Origin: an uncultured Bacteroidales bacterium
Lineage (GTDB): Bacteria > Bacteroidota > Bacteroidia > Bacteroidales > JAGOPY01
Reading direction: 5' to 3'
NCBI GenBank assembly: GCA_963787195.1
Contig: CAWBCI010000020.1
Coordinates: 60,237-124,236 of the forward strand
Length of the DNA stretch: 64,000 nucleotides
The position numbers and the translations under genes are program-made. The notes under the pieces are model-generated. The model saw nothing but the letters and a program-made list of their open reading frames with translations. It made no database searches and was not told where the DNA came from. This document shows positions 10,086 to 19,651 of this stretch, one piece after another; position 1 is the first letter of the stretch, and the number at the start of each line of letters is the position of its first letter.

Positions 10086-10859
10086 TTAATTAAAATTTGT
10101 AAAACCCGGAAGTTCATCCGGCCTCTTTATATTATATTCTGTCTTGTGTGCGTAATCAATGATCATTTGCATCAGTTTGTTCACGTCTCCGAGATTATCG
10201 TGCAATAAAATAATTGCCCCGGGATGCCATTTTTTGCGGATCCTTTCAAAAATGATCTGCACGCTTTCGCCTTTTGTATCCAGGCTCCTTATCGACCAGC
10301 CCATCACTTTGTAAGCCATGGAATCGACCGCTTTTCTGAGCGAAGGGTTGGTCACTCCGTAAGGGGGCCGGAACCAGAGAGGACTTTTTCCGCTAATATC
10401 TTCAAAAATTTTGTGAGTTTTCTGAAGCTCCTTTTTCATCTTTTTTGAACTGTAAAGGTCAAAATAAGCCGAATGTGAATAAGAATGATTTCCTAAAATA
10501 TGACCCTCCTCTACGATCCTTTTAAGCAGTTCCGGATATTTTTCAGCTTTTTCACCTATACAGAAAAAAGCAGCCTTGATGCCCGAAACTTTGAGCAGAT
10601 CAAGCAATAAAGGCGTCGTCCCGGGATCAGGCCCGTCATCAAAACTCAGGGCTATACTTTTTTCAGTTCCATTTCCCCTGCAATACGCCTGAATATAAAA
10701 ACCGGAATTCACAAAAACCGAGCCACGCACCAGGAGGAAGATATAAATTAGTATTATAAGAGCCAATACGAAAAACAGCTCATGCCGAAAATAAGTCAAA
10801 GGGGCCAGGATGAGGATAAGAATGATGAAACTCAGGCTTACGGTTTTGAAATTCAGCAT
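10086..10859 (-). CDS. polysaccharide deacetylase (NodB homology) family protein with N-terminal TM segments
   Basis: ALSFDDGPDP...FFCIG...GNHSYSH...ILLHD motifs. Confidence 0.8.
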   Translation of the reverse strand: MLNFKTVSLSFIILILILAPLTYFRHELFFVLALIILIYIFLLVRGSVFVNSGFYIQAYCRGNGTEKSIALSFDDGPDPGTTPLLLDLLKVSGIKAAFFCIGEKAEKYPELLKRIVEEGHILGNHSYSHSAYFDLYSSKKMKKELQKTHKIFEDISGKSPLWFRPPYGVTNPSLRKAVDSMAYKVMGWSIRSLDTKGESVQIIFERIRKKWHPGAIILLHDNLGDVNKLMQMIIDYAHKTEYNIKRPDELPGFTNFN

Positions 10860-11920
10860 TTTGAAACCAGCATAAGAGAGTGGTTTGTATTCTTGTGTTG
10901 ATTGTAAATCAAGATATTATTCAGGGGACCGGCAGGATTGGCCTGCTTCTCCATCATCAATACCTCAGGTATGGATTGATTTTTAAGGGACTTTGATGCA
11001 AGCCAGAGTGCAAAAGTACTGGCAAGAAAATGGTCCCCGCACAGCTGTTTGAAAATCCCCTGTCTTGTGTTCTGAGGAAAGTTCTGCCGGAATTGATGAT
11101 AGATACCGTCGTACCTGATGTCCCCGTTTAGTCCAAGGAGTAAGAGGTCGATATCGTCTAATCCGAGCTGCAGTTCGCCGAGCAGGGACAGAGTTTCCCT
11201 AAGCAGTTTATCTGCATCCGCTTTATACATGGTTTTAAGGCCCCTTATGACCGCATAATCATTTTCATGAGGAATGCCACTTAGCAGGAAAAATGTGCTG
11301 CCTTCACCTGCAATGGTGCCTTCAGTCTGATGTTTTAATAAATCAAGGTTCCTGATCTCTTCCTTTTTCCAGAAGCCCGCGCTGTCGGTAATTTTGAAAT
11401 GTAAGCTGGTTATTTCTTCTGCCCCCCCGGCCAGGATATTCTCCTGTGGGTTTTCATCCAGTCTCATCATGCTGTCGAGCAGGGCGCTTTCAAATGAAAC
11501 CGGCCCGTGTACGTAAGTGTAATTGTATTTATTACATCCCAACATAACTGCTATATGGGCTCCGACTGTATTGTGCGTCGATTGGATGAAAGACGTAGGG
11601 GTAAGGAATTTTTCATCATTATCGATGACTGAACCAAGGAATTTTTCGGTATCTTCCATCATCCCAAGACCTGTACCGGTGATGATGGCATCAGGCATTT
11701 CCACCCCTGCATCCCTCAAACAGATACCGGCAGATGTGACGCCCATCCGCAACACCCTGCTCATGCGGCGAAGCTGAATAGGCTTGATAAATTCTTTGTA
11801 ATCAGGCTCTACTGAAGTCAACATCCGGCTATTGTAATTGCGGATATCGTCCAGGAAGACCGAGTTATTGTAAGTCGGTTGAGGGGAGATGCTTCCTATG
11901 CCACGGATGTATGCTTTCAT
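10853..11920 (-). CDS. beta-ketoacyl synthase-like chain-length-factor type protein (no active-site Cys)
   Basis: KS fold, but the active-site position reads QSTHNTVGAHIA instead of ACSS. Confidence 0.7.
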   Translation of the reverse strand: MKAYIRGIGSISPQPTYNNSVFLDDIRNYNSRMLTSVEPDYKEFIKPIQLRRMSRVLRMGVTSAGICLRDAGVEMPDAIITGTGLGMMEDTEKFLGSVIDNDEKFLTPTSFIQSTHNTVGAHIAVMLGCNKYNYTYVHGPVSFESALLDSMMRLDENPQENILAGGAEEITSLHFKITDSAGFWKKEEIRNLDLLKHQTEGTIAGEGSTFFLLSGIPHENDYAVIRGLKTMYKADADKLLRETLSLLGELQLGLDDIDLLLLGLNGDIRYDGIYHQFRQNFPQNTRQGIFKQLCGDHFLASTFALWLASKSLKNQSIPEVLMMEKQANPAGPLNNILIYNQHKNTNHSLMLVSKC

Positions 11921-11921
11921 A

Positions 11922-13118
11922 TCAGCAGGCTGAAAAAATTAAAGTTGAATCATTCCCGCCGAAACCAAAAGAATTGCTCAAGACATTTAGGATCTTGCGG
12001 TCTTTCAGGAATTCCCTGGTAGGTTCAAAGTCCAGTTCATCCATCTTCTCGCTGAAATTCAGGTTGGGAAAGATCAATTGTTCCTGAATGGCAAGGGAGG
12101 AAATGACTGCTTCAACAGCTCCTGCCGCTCCCAGGGTATGGCCTGTAAGGGGTTTTGTCGATGAGAATGCCGGGATATGGGGAGAAAAGATTCGTCCTAT
12201 CGCGATTCCCTCTGTCAGGTCATTATTGTCAGTACCGGTCCCGTGAGCATTGATGTAATCAATATCAGCAGACCGCAGACCGGCGCTTTCCAGGGCTCCT
12301 TTCATAGAAAGGTAAGGCCCCAGGCCATTGGGTGATGAGGCGGTTTGATGGTAGGCATCATTCGCATTGGCATATCCTTTGACCTCGCAATATCGTTTTT
12401 TGTTTCGTGTCAGTTCTTCCGCTTCGAGCACCAGGTAAGCCGCGCCTTCACCCAGGTTCAGGCCTGTCCGGTTCTTATCAAAAGGCCGGCATTGTTGTTT
12501 ATCCAGGATCATCAGGGTGTTAAACCCGTTCAGGGTGAATTTGGAAAGCGAATCGGTGCCCCCGACTATGACCCTGTCGAGCAAACCGGCTTTGATCATC
12601 CGGGCCCCCATCATGATAGAATTGGCGGATGAAGAACAGGCGGTGCTGATAGTTGTGATAAAACCATTCAGGCCGAAGAAATCGGCCAAACGTTCGGTAC
12701 TGTCGCCGCAATCATGCGTGAAAATGAAATAATTATAAGGATAACCCTTTTCAAAATTCCGGAAATTGATCTCCGTCTTATCCATACCCCCGACGGTAGT
12801 GGCATTGATAATGCCGGTACGGATACCTTTTTCGGTCGGGTCGATGCCGGCTGATCCGACCGCTTCGCTTGCAGCCGTGAGTCCCAGCAGTGCAGTCCGC
12901 GACATGAATGGATCAAAGGGAATATTCAGAAATTCAGCCAGTTGCTCATTGCCTTTTTTGACCTCACCAACGGGTATGTGCCCTTGATGAACAGTAGACA
13001 GGGATGTGATCGGGCCAATCCCGCTCCTGGAATTTTTGAGGGCATCAAGTACTTCAGCAACATTATTGCCAATAGCACTGATGATACCGATTCCGCTAAC
13101 GATAACCCTTACTCCCAT
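11922..13118 (-). CDS. beta-ketoacyl-ACP synthase (FabF/KS I-II type)
   Basis: TISTACSSSANSI active-site Cys, plus the INAHGTGT and GHTLGAAG histidines and a C-terminal SFGFGGN. Confidence 0.9.
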   Translation of the reverse strand: MGVRVIVSGIGIISAIGNNVAEVLDALKNSRSGIGPITSLSTVHQGHIPVGEVKKGNEQLAEFLNIPFDPFMSRTALLGLTAASEAVGSAGIDPTEKGIRTGIINATTVGGMDKTEINFRNFEKGYPYNYFIFTHDCGDSTERLADFFGLNGFITTISTACSSSANSIMMGARMIKAGLLDRVIVGGTDSLSKFTLNGFNTLMILDKQQCRPFDKNRTGLNLGEGAAYLVLEAEELTRNKKRYCEVKGYANANDAYHQTASSPNGLGPYLSMKGALESAGLRSADIDYINAHGTGTDNNDLTEGIAIGRIFSPHIPAFSSTKPLTGHTLGAAGAVEAVISSLAIQEQLIFPNLNFSEKMDELDFEPTREFLKDRKILNVLSNSFGFGGNDSTLIFSAC

Positions 13119-13125
13119 GCAAATT

Positions 13126-13380
13126 TTACTTTTGGTGCTCCCTGATAAAGTCAGCTATTGTCCTCACAGAGGCAAATATTTTACGACCGTCTTTCGGATC
13201 TTCGATCTTAATACCGTAATTTTTTTCCAAAAGGACGATTAGTTCGAGTGCATCTATTGAATCCAGTCCGAGCCCATCCCCAAATAAGGCGGCATCGGTA
13301 TCTATGTCTTCAGGACGAATATCTTCCAGGTTCAGGACTTCGACGATCTCTTTCTTGAGTTTAGTAATTAGTTCTTCCAT
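13126..13380 (-). CDS. acyl carrier protein
   Basis: 84 aa with the phosphopantetheine site LGLDSIDALELI. Confidence 0.9.
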   Translation of the reverse strand: MEELITKLKKEIVEVLNLEDIRPEDIDTDAALFGDGLGLDSIDALELIVLLEKNYGIKIEDPKDGRKIFASVRTIADFIREHQK

Positions 13381-13985
13381 TATTTTAAGACTGTTTCATT
13401 AAATAATTGGCTTATTGATTTTGGGTCAAAGATAATATTTTCCGATGCTTGCCCGGAAGAAATTAAGCCCGGGTCCCGTTCTACCAGAAAAAGGCAGGAT
13501 TCGAGCCTTTCATGGTAACATTCCACCCATCCGCTAAGCACACACTCAACCTTATCGAGCGCGAAAAGTTCAGTCACATAGCTATGAATAAATTCAGGAT
13601 CGGGTTTTTCAAAGATGAAAACGGAGTTTTCTCCCCTCAGCTTATGCCGTATAGCCATTTCACCGGCCATGATATTGGCAAGCGTATAAACAAAAACTGA
13701 TGGGCTGGGAAAATACTTTGCACGGTCGTCTATAGTTTCCTGGTGCTTCTCATCCGTTTCCAGTGAAGAAGATGAATTCAGGAGGATGATTCCGGTTTTT
13801 TCGGATTTGTATTTTTGGATGATGTCAGTATCTTGCAATAAAAGTTCAGCCGAAAGTAAACCAAGTTTAGCCAGATTATCCATTTTGAAAAACTTGGGAT
13901 ATGAAAGATGCAGTTTGCGATATACAGCTTTTAAAAATTCACTACTCTTTTCAAAATCCTGGCTGAATATTTCTTTATTATTCAC
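13380..13985 (-). CDS. small KS-N-terminal-like / conserved aryl-polyene cluster protein
   Basis: 201 aa, translationally coupled to the ACP gene. No catalytic Cys is evident. Confidence 0.5.
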   Translation of the reverse strand: MNNKEIFSQDFEKSSEFLKAVYRKLHLSYPKFFKMDNLAKLGLLSAELLLQDTDIIQKYKSEKTGIILLNSSSSLETDEKHQETIDDRAKYFPSPSVFVYTLANIMAGEMAIRHKLRGENSVFIFEKPDPEFIHSYVTELFALDKVECVLSGWVECYHERLESCLFLVERDPGLISSGQASENIIFDPKSISQLFNETVLK

Positions 13986-14121
13986 ATGGACTTTGCCACT
14001 TGTTTAGCGATATATATTTAGAAATCTTCAATTGCATTTCATTTTTTTTCATTTTTGAAAGAAGATAAAAAAATCCATTATTTCAAATTCAGGATAAAAT
14101 ACAAACAAGAACGTCAATGAT

Positions 14122-15300
14122 TTAGGGATTTTTATTGAAGATTACCGCTGCATTGCAGCCGCCGAAACCCGATGCAATTTTTAGGCTCATTTTAATATTC
14201 TCATCCTTATTTTCCTTGATTATATTCAGGGGCTGTGAAACGCCATGGATGCGGTATCCGGCCGAGGCAATCAGCTTCCTGTTTTTCATTGAATAGAGTG
14301 TCAGGGCTGATTCGATGATCCCGGCTGCACCGAGTGTATGCCCGATGTATGCTTTGAAGCTGTTCAATGGAACCTGGTTCAGCCCGGCCCTTGTCAAAGC
14401 TTTTGCTTCCATCTCATCATTGTATGGGGTTGCCGTTCCATGGGCCGAGATGTAATCAAGGTCCCCCGGATTTATACCGGCCTGTGCCATAGCTCCAAAT
14501 ATGGAGAGATAAAGCCCTTCGCCTTCCCGGGATGGCCCGGAAATATGGTTTGCATCGTTATTGCTGTTACTTCCGGTGATTGTGATTTTTTCACTGATAC
14601 CGGTCATTTCAACTTGCCGGGATAAGATGACGGCGGCAGATCCTTCTCCCAGTGAAAGGCCGTCGCGATCGCGGTCAAAAGGTTTGCAGATTCCGGGACT
14701 AAGCGATTGGAATGACTGGAAGCCTGAGATCACAAATTCGCTTGCGAGGTCCCCGCCGACAATCACGGCATGATCATATCTTCCGGATCGGATCAGGCGC
14801 TCGCCTGTAATGATGGCAAGCAAACCGGATATACAGGCATTGCTTACAACTATGGGTTTATTCACTGCCCCCAGGTATTTCCCGATGATCTCAGCCATTT
14901 TCCACAGGTAAAGCCTTTCCGGATCAAATTCTTTCTTTCCCCGTTTTTCGAGAAGGTCGATGTTTCCTTTGGTTGATGAAAGTATGAAGATGGTTTTAGT
15001 ATCCTGCAGTTTCACTTCTGATTTTGATAAAACATCTTCCAGGGAGAGGAGCATCATTTTCTCCAGCCGGGTGAATCCGTTTTTTGGGCCCTGTCCTGAA
15101 TGTGAATCCATATAAAAGGAAAAAAGTTTTTCCAATGCGCTGTGGTCTGTTAATGAAATTGCTACAGGGGAAGGATATAAGTTTTTATCATCTGTTAGCC
15201 GAACTCCGGAAATTCCCTGAAGCATATTTTCCGCGTTTTCTGCAGAAGTAAATCCAAGAGAGGAGATAATATTGTCAGCTCCTATGTAGACCTCAGTCAT
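14122..15300 (-). CDS. beta-ketoacyl-ACP synthase
   Basis: VSNACISGLLAI active-site Cys, ISAHGTATP and GHTLGAAG histidines, ASGFGGCNAAV. Start moved to MTEVYIG. Confidence 0.85.
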   Translation of the reverse strand: MTEVYIGADNIISSLGFTSAENAENMLQGISGVRLTDDKNLYPSPVAISLTDHSALEKLFSFYMDSHSGQGPKNGFTRLEKMMLLSLEDVLSKSEVKLQDTKTIFILSSTKGNIDLLEKRGKKEFDPERLYLWKMAEIIGKYLGAVNKPIVVSNACISGLLAIITGERLIRSGRYDHAVIVGGDLASEFVISGFQSFQSLSPGICKPFDRDRDGLSLGEGSAAVILSRQVEMTGISEKITITGSNSNNDANHISGPSREGEGLYLSIFGAMAQAGINPGDLDYISAHGTATPYNDEMEAKALTRAGLNQVPLNSFKAYIGHTLGAAGIIESALTLYSMKNRKLIASAGYRIHGVSQPLNIIKENKDENIKMSLKIASGFGGCNAAVIFNKNP

Positions 15301-15372
15301 AATCAGTAAAATGAAGGGCAAAAGTAAGACATTTCGGAAATCTATTGTTTTTAGGCTGGTTTCTATAAGATA

Positions 15373-15804
15373 TTATTCAGGATGGAAATCCCATTTTTCC
15401 TTCCATTCTGCAAAAAAATGCGGAACAGTCAGGACCAGCTCCCTTTGCATATCCAGGAAAACCTGCACGCTTTCACCGGTAGCGACCAGGACTTTGTCGG
15501 AAGCCCTGTAAATATTGAACTGATAGACAAGTTTTGCTGCGTCACTGTATTTCAGACTGGTTTCGACAAGGGCATGATCGCCATATTCGAGTGACTTTTT
15601 GAAATCGCATTTGAGGCTCACCACAGGTGCCATATAGCCAAAGCTGAGGATATCCATATAGCTGATTCCGTATTTTTTACCGAAATCTTCCCTGCCTTCT
15701 TCCATATATTGAATATAATGCCCATGCCAAACGATCTGCATCATATCCACCTCATTGAAACGGACTTCCACTTCCGTCATGGTCTTTAATTCATTTTCGG
15801 ACAT
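15373..15804 (-). CDS. 4HBT/YbgC-like acyl-CoA (acyl-ACP) thioesterase
   Basis: 143 aa hotdog protein, VRFNEVDMMQIVWHGHY. Confidence 0.8.
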   Translation of the reverse strand: MSENELKTMTEVEVRFNEVDMMQIVWHGHYIQYMEEGREDFGKKYGISYMDILSFGYMAPVVSLKCDFKKSLEYGDHALVETSLKYSDAAKLVYQFNIYRASDKVLVATGESVQVFLDMQRELVLTVPHFFAEWKEKWDFHPE

Positions 15805-17150
15805 AAGGATTATATATTTTATTTATGATGATATGAAATATAATTCAGAACGAAATTAGTAAATCCGGCCAATATCATTCAGTCGGATCGAAGATTATAA
15901 GTAGGGAATGATTTTATTTTTTAGAGATTTTCAGCCAGGAATTTCCACAAAAGCGAGCGCCGTAGGCGCGACATGTCTATAGCAATGAAGTGAGGAAGTC
16001 AATATCAAGAGCTCCGTAGGAGCGGCACTATGGGAAAATATTTTATTGGAATAAATCTTGCCATAATAATGCCGCTCCTACGGAGCTCTGATTCTAAACT
16101 TGATCCATTTTTCTATAGACATGACGCTGCTACGCAGCTCAAATTAATAGCTGGTTCTCACATTTGTGTTAGGATGCTACCAGTACGATTTCGCCAATTG
16201 CCGGTTTGAATTTGATCATGGATAGGTCGTTGGTGTAGGGTTCTATTTTAAAGCCTGATATCGCATCGATTAGAAAATTGAATTGAAGGCAATTGTTTAT
16301 TGAATTTCAGGAAGATCAGAAATAATTAGGTTAGAATTTCCACAAAAGCGAGCGCCGTAGGCGCGGCATGTCTATAGCAATGAAGTGAGGAAGGCAATGT
16401 CAAGAGCTCCGTAGGAGCGGCACTATGGGAAAATATTTTATTGGAATAAATCTTGCCATAATAATGCCGCTCCTACGGAGCTCTGATTCTAAACTTGATC
16501 CATTTTTCTATAGACATGACGCTGCTACGCAGCTCAAATTAATAGCTGGTTCTCACATTTGTGTTAGGATGCTACCAGTACGATTTCGCCAATTGCCGGT
16601 TTGAATTTGATCATGGATAGGTCGTTGGTGTAGGGTTCTATTTTAAAGCCTGATATCGCATCGATTAGAAAATTGAATTGAAGGCAATTGTTTATTGAAT
16701 TTCAGGAGGATCAGAAATAATTAGGTTAGAATTTCCACAAAAGCGAGCGCCGTAGGCGCGACATGTCTATAGCAATGAAGGAGGAAGGGAATATCATGAG
16801 CTCCGTAGGAGCGGCACTATGGGAAAATATTTTATTGGAATAAATCTTGCCATAATAATGCCGCTCCTACGGAGCTCTGGTTTAAAATTTGATCCGTATT
16901 TTCTATAAACATGACGCTGCTACGCAGCTCTAATTAGTAGCTAGTTCTCACATTCGAGTAATAATGCTGCCAACACGTTTCGGCGAATTGCCGGATTTTA
17001 TTTAATCATAGAATTGTCGTTGGTAAACAGACCTATTCTAGTGCTTGATTTGGTGGCGGTATAATGCCTGATAGAAAAATGAATTGGAAGGAGTTTTATT
17101 TATTGAATTTCAGGGGGATTAGAAATATTTAGGCCAGGAATTTCCACAAA

Positions 17151-17761
17151 AGCGAGCGCCGTAGGCGCGGCATGTCTATAGCAATGAAGGAGGAAGGGAA
17201 TATCAAGAGCTCCGTAGGAGCGGCACTATTCGTCATTAAAAATATAATCAGAATTAAAATCTATATCATTGTGATTGAGAAAATCAATGTATTCCTCACG
17301 GAATGTTCTTGTTTTGTGATGTTCTTCCTGATTATTAATATATTCTATAATGAATGGAAGTTGCGTTTGACCCAGGGTAAAAGCCCCAAAGCCTTGTTGC
17401 CATTCAAATTTGCCTGAAACATATTTGTTCTCGTTTATAAATCTTGATGAGTTGGCTTTGACATCTCTCATTATATCAGATAAATTAACATCGGGTTTTA
17501 GCCCAATCAACAAATGAATATGGTTGTTAACACCATTAATTGCAATAAGTTTTTGATTTTTTTTACGGATAATCCCCGTGATGTATTTATAGAGTTCTTC
17601 TTTCCATTTCCTGGAAATTAAGTTGGTTCTGCCTTTAACGGCGTATACCACATGATAATAAAGTTGCGTGTATGTGTTTGCCATAATAATGCCGCTCCTA
17701 CGGAGCTCTGGTTTTAAATTTGATCCGGTTTTTCTATAAACATGTCGCTGCTACGCAGCTC
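17151..17761 (-). mobile_element. RAYT-bearing unit: Y1 transposase gene bracketed by the inner and outer REP inverted repeats
   Basis: The same arms as in the short units, but the ~40 bp loop is replaced by the 459 bp transposase ORF. Confidence 0.6.
17226..17684 (-). CDS. REP-associated tyrosine transposase (RAYT) / IS200-IS605 family Y1 HUH transposase
   Basis: 152 aa. HUH motif NNHIHLLIG and C-terminal catalytic Tyr region IEYINNQEEHH. The gene ends abut the REP hairpins directly. Confidence 0.85.
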   Translation of the reverse strand: MANTYTQLYYHVVYAVKGRTNLISRKWKEELYKYITGIIRKKNQKLIAINGVNNHIHLLIGLKPDVNLSDIMRDVKANSSRFINENKYVSGKFEWQQGFGAFTLGQTQLPFIIEYINNQEEHHKTRTFREEYIDFLNHNDIDFNSDYIFNDE

Positions 17762-18367
17762 TAGTTTAGTGCATAATATACATGTTTTGTGCCAAATCTT
17801 GTAAAATGGGGAAAAGGGTAGGACTGAAAAAGCCTCAAATATCTAAATTTTTTACCACCAAATATGAAATTTCCACAAAAGCGAGCGCCGTAGGCGCGAC
17901 ATGTCTATAGCAATGATGTGAGAAGTCAATGTCAAGAGCTCCGTAGGAGCGGCACTATGGGAAAATATTTTATTGGAATAAATCTTGCCATAATAATGCC
18001 GCTCCTACGGAGATCTGATTCTAAACTTGATCCATTTTTCTATAGACATGATGCTGCTACGCAGCTCTAATTAGTAGCTGGTTCTCACATTCGAGTAATA
18101 ATGCTGCCAACACGTTTCGGCGAATTGCCGCTTTTAATTTAATCATATACACATCGTTCAAATATGGCTCTATTCTAAATCTTGATTTAAAGATTTTGTC
18201 TAGAATAGAAATCGATTTGAAGGGAATTATTTATTGAATTTCAGGGGGATTAGAAATATTTAGGCTGGAATTTCCACAAAAGCGAGCGCCGTAGGCGCGA
18301 CATGTCTATAGCAATGATGGAGGAAGGGAATATCAAGAGCTCCGTAGGAGCGGCACTAAAGGGGCTT

Positions 18368-19651
18368 TCAATAATTCCTCCTGCTTTTATTATAGATGAG
18401 GGCGGTGAAAAGCGATAGCAGGAAAAATGCAAACAGCAAAGCAGCATAAGGCAGGATTTCGAACCATCCCCCTCCTCTTAAAAATATATTGTAAAAACCA
18501 TCCATACCCCAGTTCAGGGGAGATATGATGCTTATTTTCTGCATAAAAGCCGGCATCAGGAAAACAGGTACCCACAAGCCTCCAATGGCCGACAATATGA
18601 TCACCGACACCGAGCCGAAAGAGGCAGCCTGTTCAAAGGTATTCGCAATGGTCCCGATCATTACCCCATAGCCGGTGGCTGCAAGTGCGGTTGCAAAACC
18701 CATGATCATAAGTGCCAGCCTGTGATCACCTATATTCAGGGAAGGCAAACCAAACAGAGGGATAATCAATATCCCCAGCAGCAGTATCAAAACAAACTGT
18801 ACCAGGCAAACCCCGAGGTAAACTATGATCTTTGAGCCAAGTACATGAAAATAAGTTCCGGGCATGATCTTCAATCTCTGGGATGTGCCACTTTCCCTTT
18901 CTTTGATCAGATTCCCCGTAAGCGGGATGACTATAAAGAACATTGCAAAAATAGTCCAGGCAGGAATATTATGCTGGACAGAATTGGGAATCATGGTATT
19001 ATATTCATTGCTCGCATATACCTCCTGCAGGTTGATACCGCCCCTGGTGTCAAATGCCGGGGTTTTAATATTGGGCAGATATTTAGAGATCTCCTGTGCA
19101 AAAGTTTCAAAGGTGATCTTTGCTTCTATCTTATTGGTGAAGTTTTCAAGTACAGTACGGACAGTCTGTTTGAAGGAATTCTTGATCACCGGATCGAAAT
19201 ACAGGATGATATTCGCTTGCGCCAGGGAATCTATATTGAAGGCTGAACTGTCGCTGTTCCCCGATATGGCCTCATCTACCAGGGCTTTGCCTCTTTCCCG
19301 AATAGCTTTGCTTGCCCCCGGCCCGACAATAATCCCGATTTGGTATTTACCTTCAGCGATCTCATTTCTAACTATTTGCTCGTTCAGTGGCTGATCGTTA
19401 ATTTCCGTAACAGGATTTAAAAATTTCTGGGCCTGCAATCCTTTCCCGATATAATATCCAAGTGAATCATGGTCCAGGTCCAGGAAAAGCACCGTCAATT
19501 TAGTCTCATCAAGTTTTCGGAAAGTCATATCCTGTATCAGGGTCATGACCAGCACCAGGAAAACAGGCATGATAAATAGTATCGCCAGACCGGCCCGGTC
19601 GCGGGAGAGCAATAAAATTTCTTTCCATATGGAGGCCAGCATTCTTTTCAT
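18368..19651 (-). CDS. ABC-2 type transporter permease
   Basis: 427 aa with an N-terminal TM, a large periplasmic loop and a 5-TM C-terminal bundle. Start/stop overlap with the ATPase gene (coupled). Confidence 0.8.
   Translation of the reverse strand: MKRMLASIWKEILLLSRDRAGLAILFIMPVFLVLVMTLIQDMTFRKLDETKLTVLFLDLDHDSLGYYIGKGLQAQKFLNPVTEINDQPLNEQIVRNEIAEGKYQIGIIVGPGASKAIRERGKALVDEAISGNSDSSAFNIDSLAQANIILYFDPVIKNSFKQTVRTVLENFTNKIEAKITFETFAQEISKYLPNIKTPAFDTRGGINLQEVYASNEYNTMIPNSVQHNIPAWTIFAMFFIVIPLTGNLIKERESGTSQRLKIMPGTYFHVLGSKIIVYLGVCLVQFVLILLLGILIIPLFGLPSLNIGDHRLALMIMGFATALAATGYGVMIGTIANTFEQAASFGSVSVIILSAIGGLWVPVFLMPAFMQKISIISPLNWGMDGFYNIFLRGGGWFEILPYAALLFAFFLLSLFTALIYNKSRRNY

Larger units (their letters stand above)
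15938..18357. repeat. tandem array of ~395 bp units (5 full units + 1 half unit), each containing nested inverted REP-like hairpins
   Basis: Unit starts (GAATTTCCACAAAAGCGAGCGCCGTAGGCGCG) read at 15938, 16334, 16729, 17138, 17866 and 18268. Arms are GAGCGCCGTAGGCGCGACATGTCTATAG / GAGCTCCGTAGGAGCGGCA and their approximate reverse complements TGCCGCTCCTACGGAGCTC / CTATAGACATGACGCTGCTACGCAGCTC. Confidence 0.9.

Noticed and set aside
15938-18357. Could the regularly spaced repeats be a CRISPR array?
   Set aside because: The period is ~395 bp and the inter-hairpin 'spacers' are themselves repeated between units. There are no unique spacers and no cas genes. The units are palindromic REP doublets associated with a Y1 transposase.
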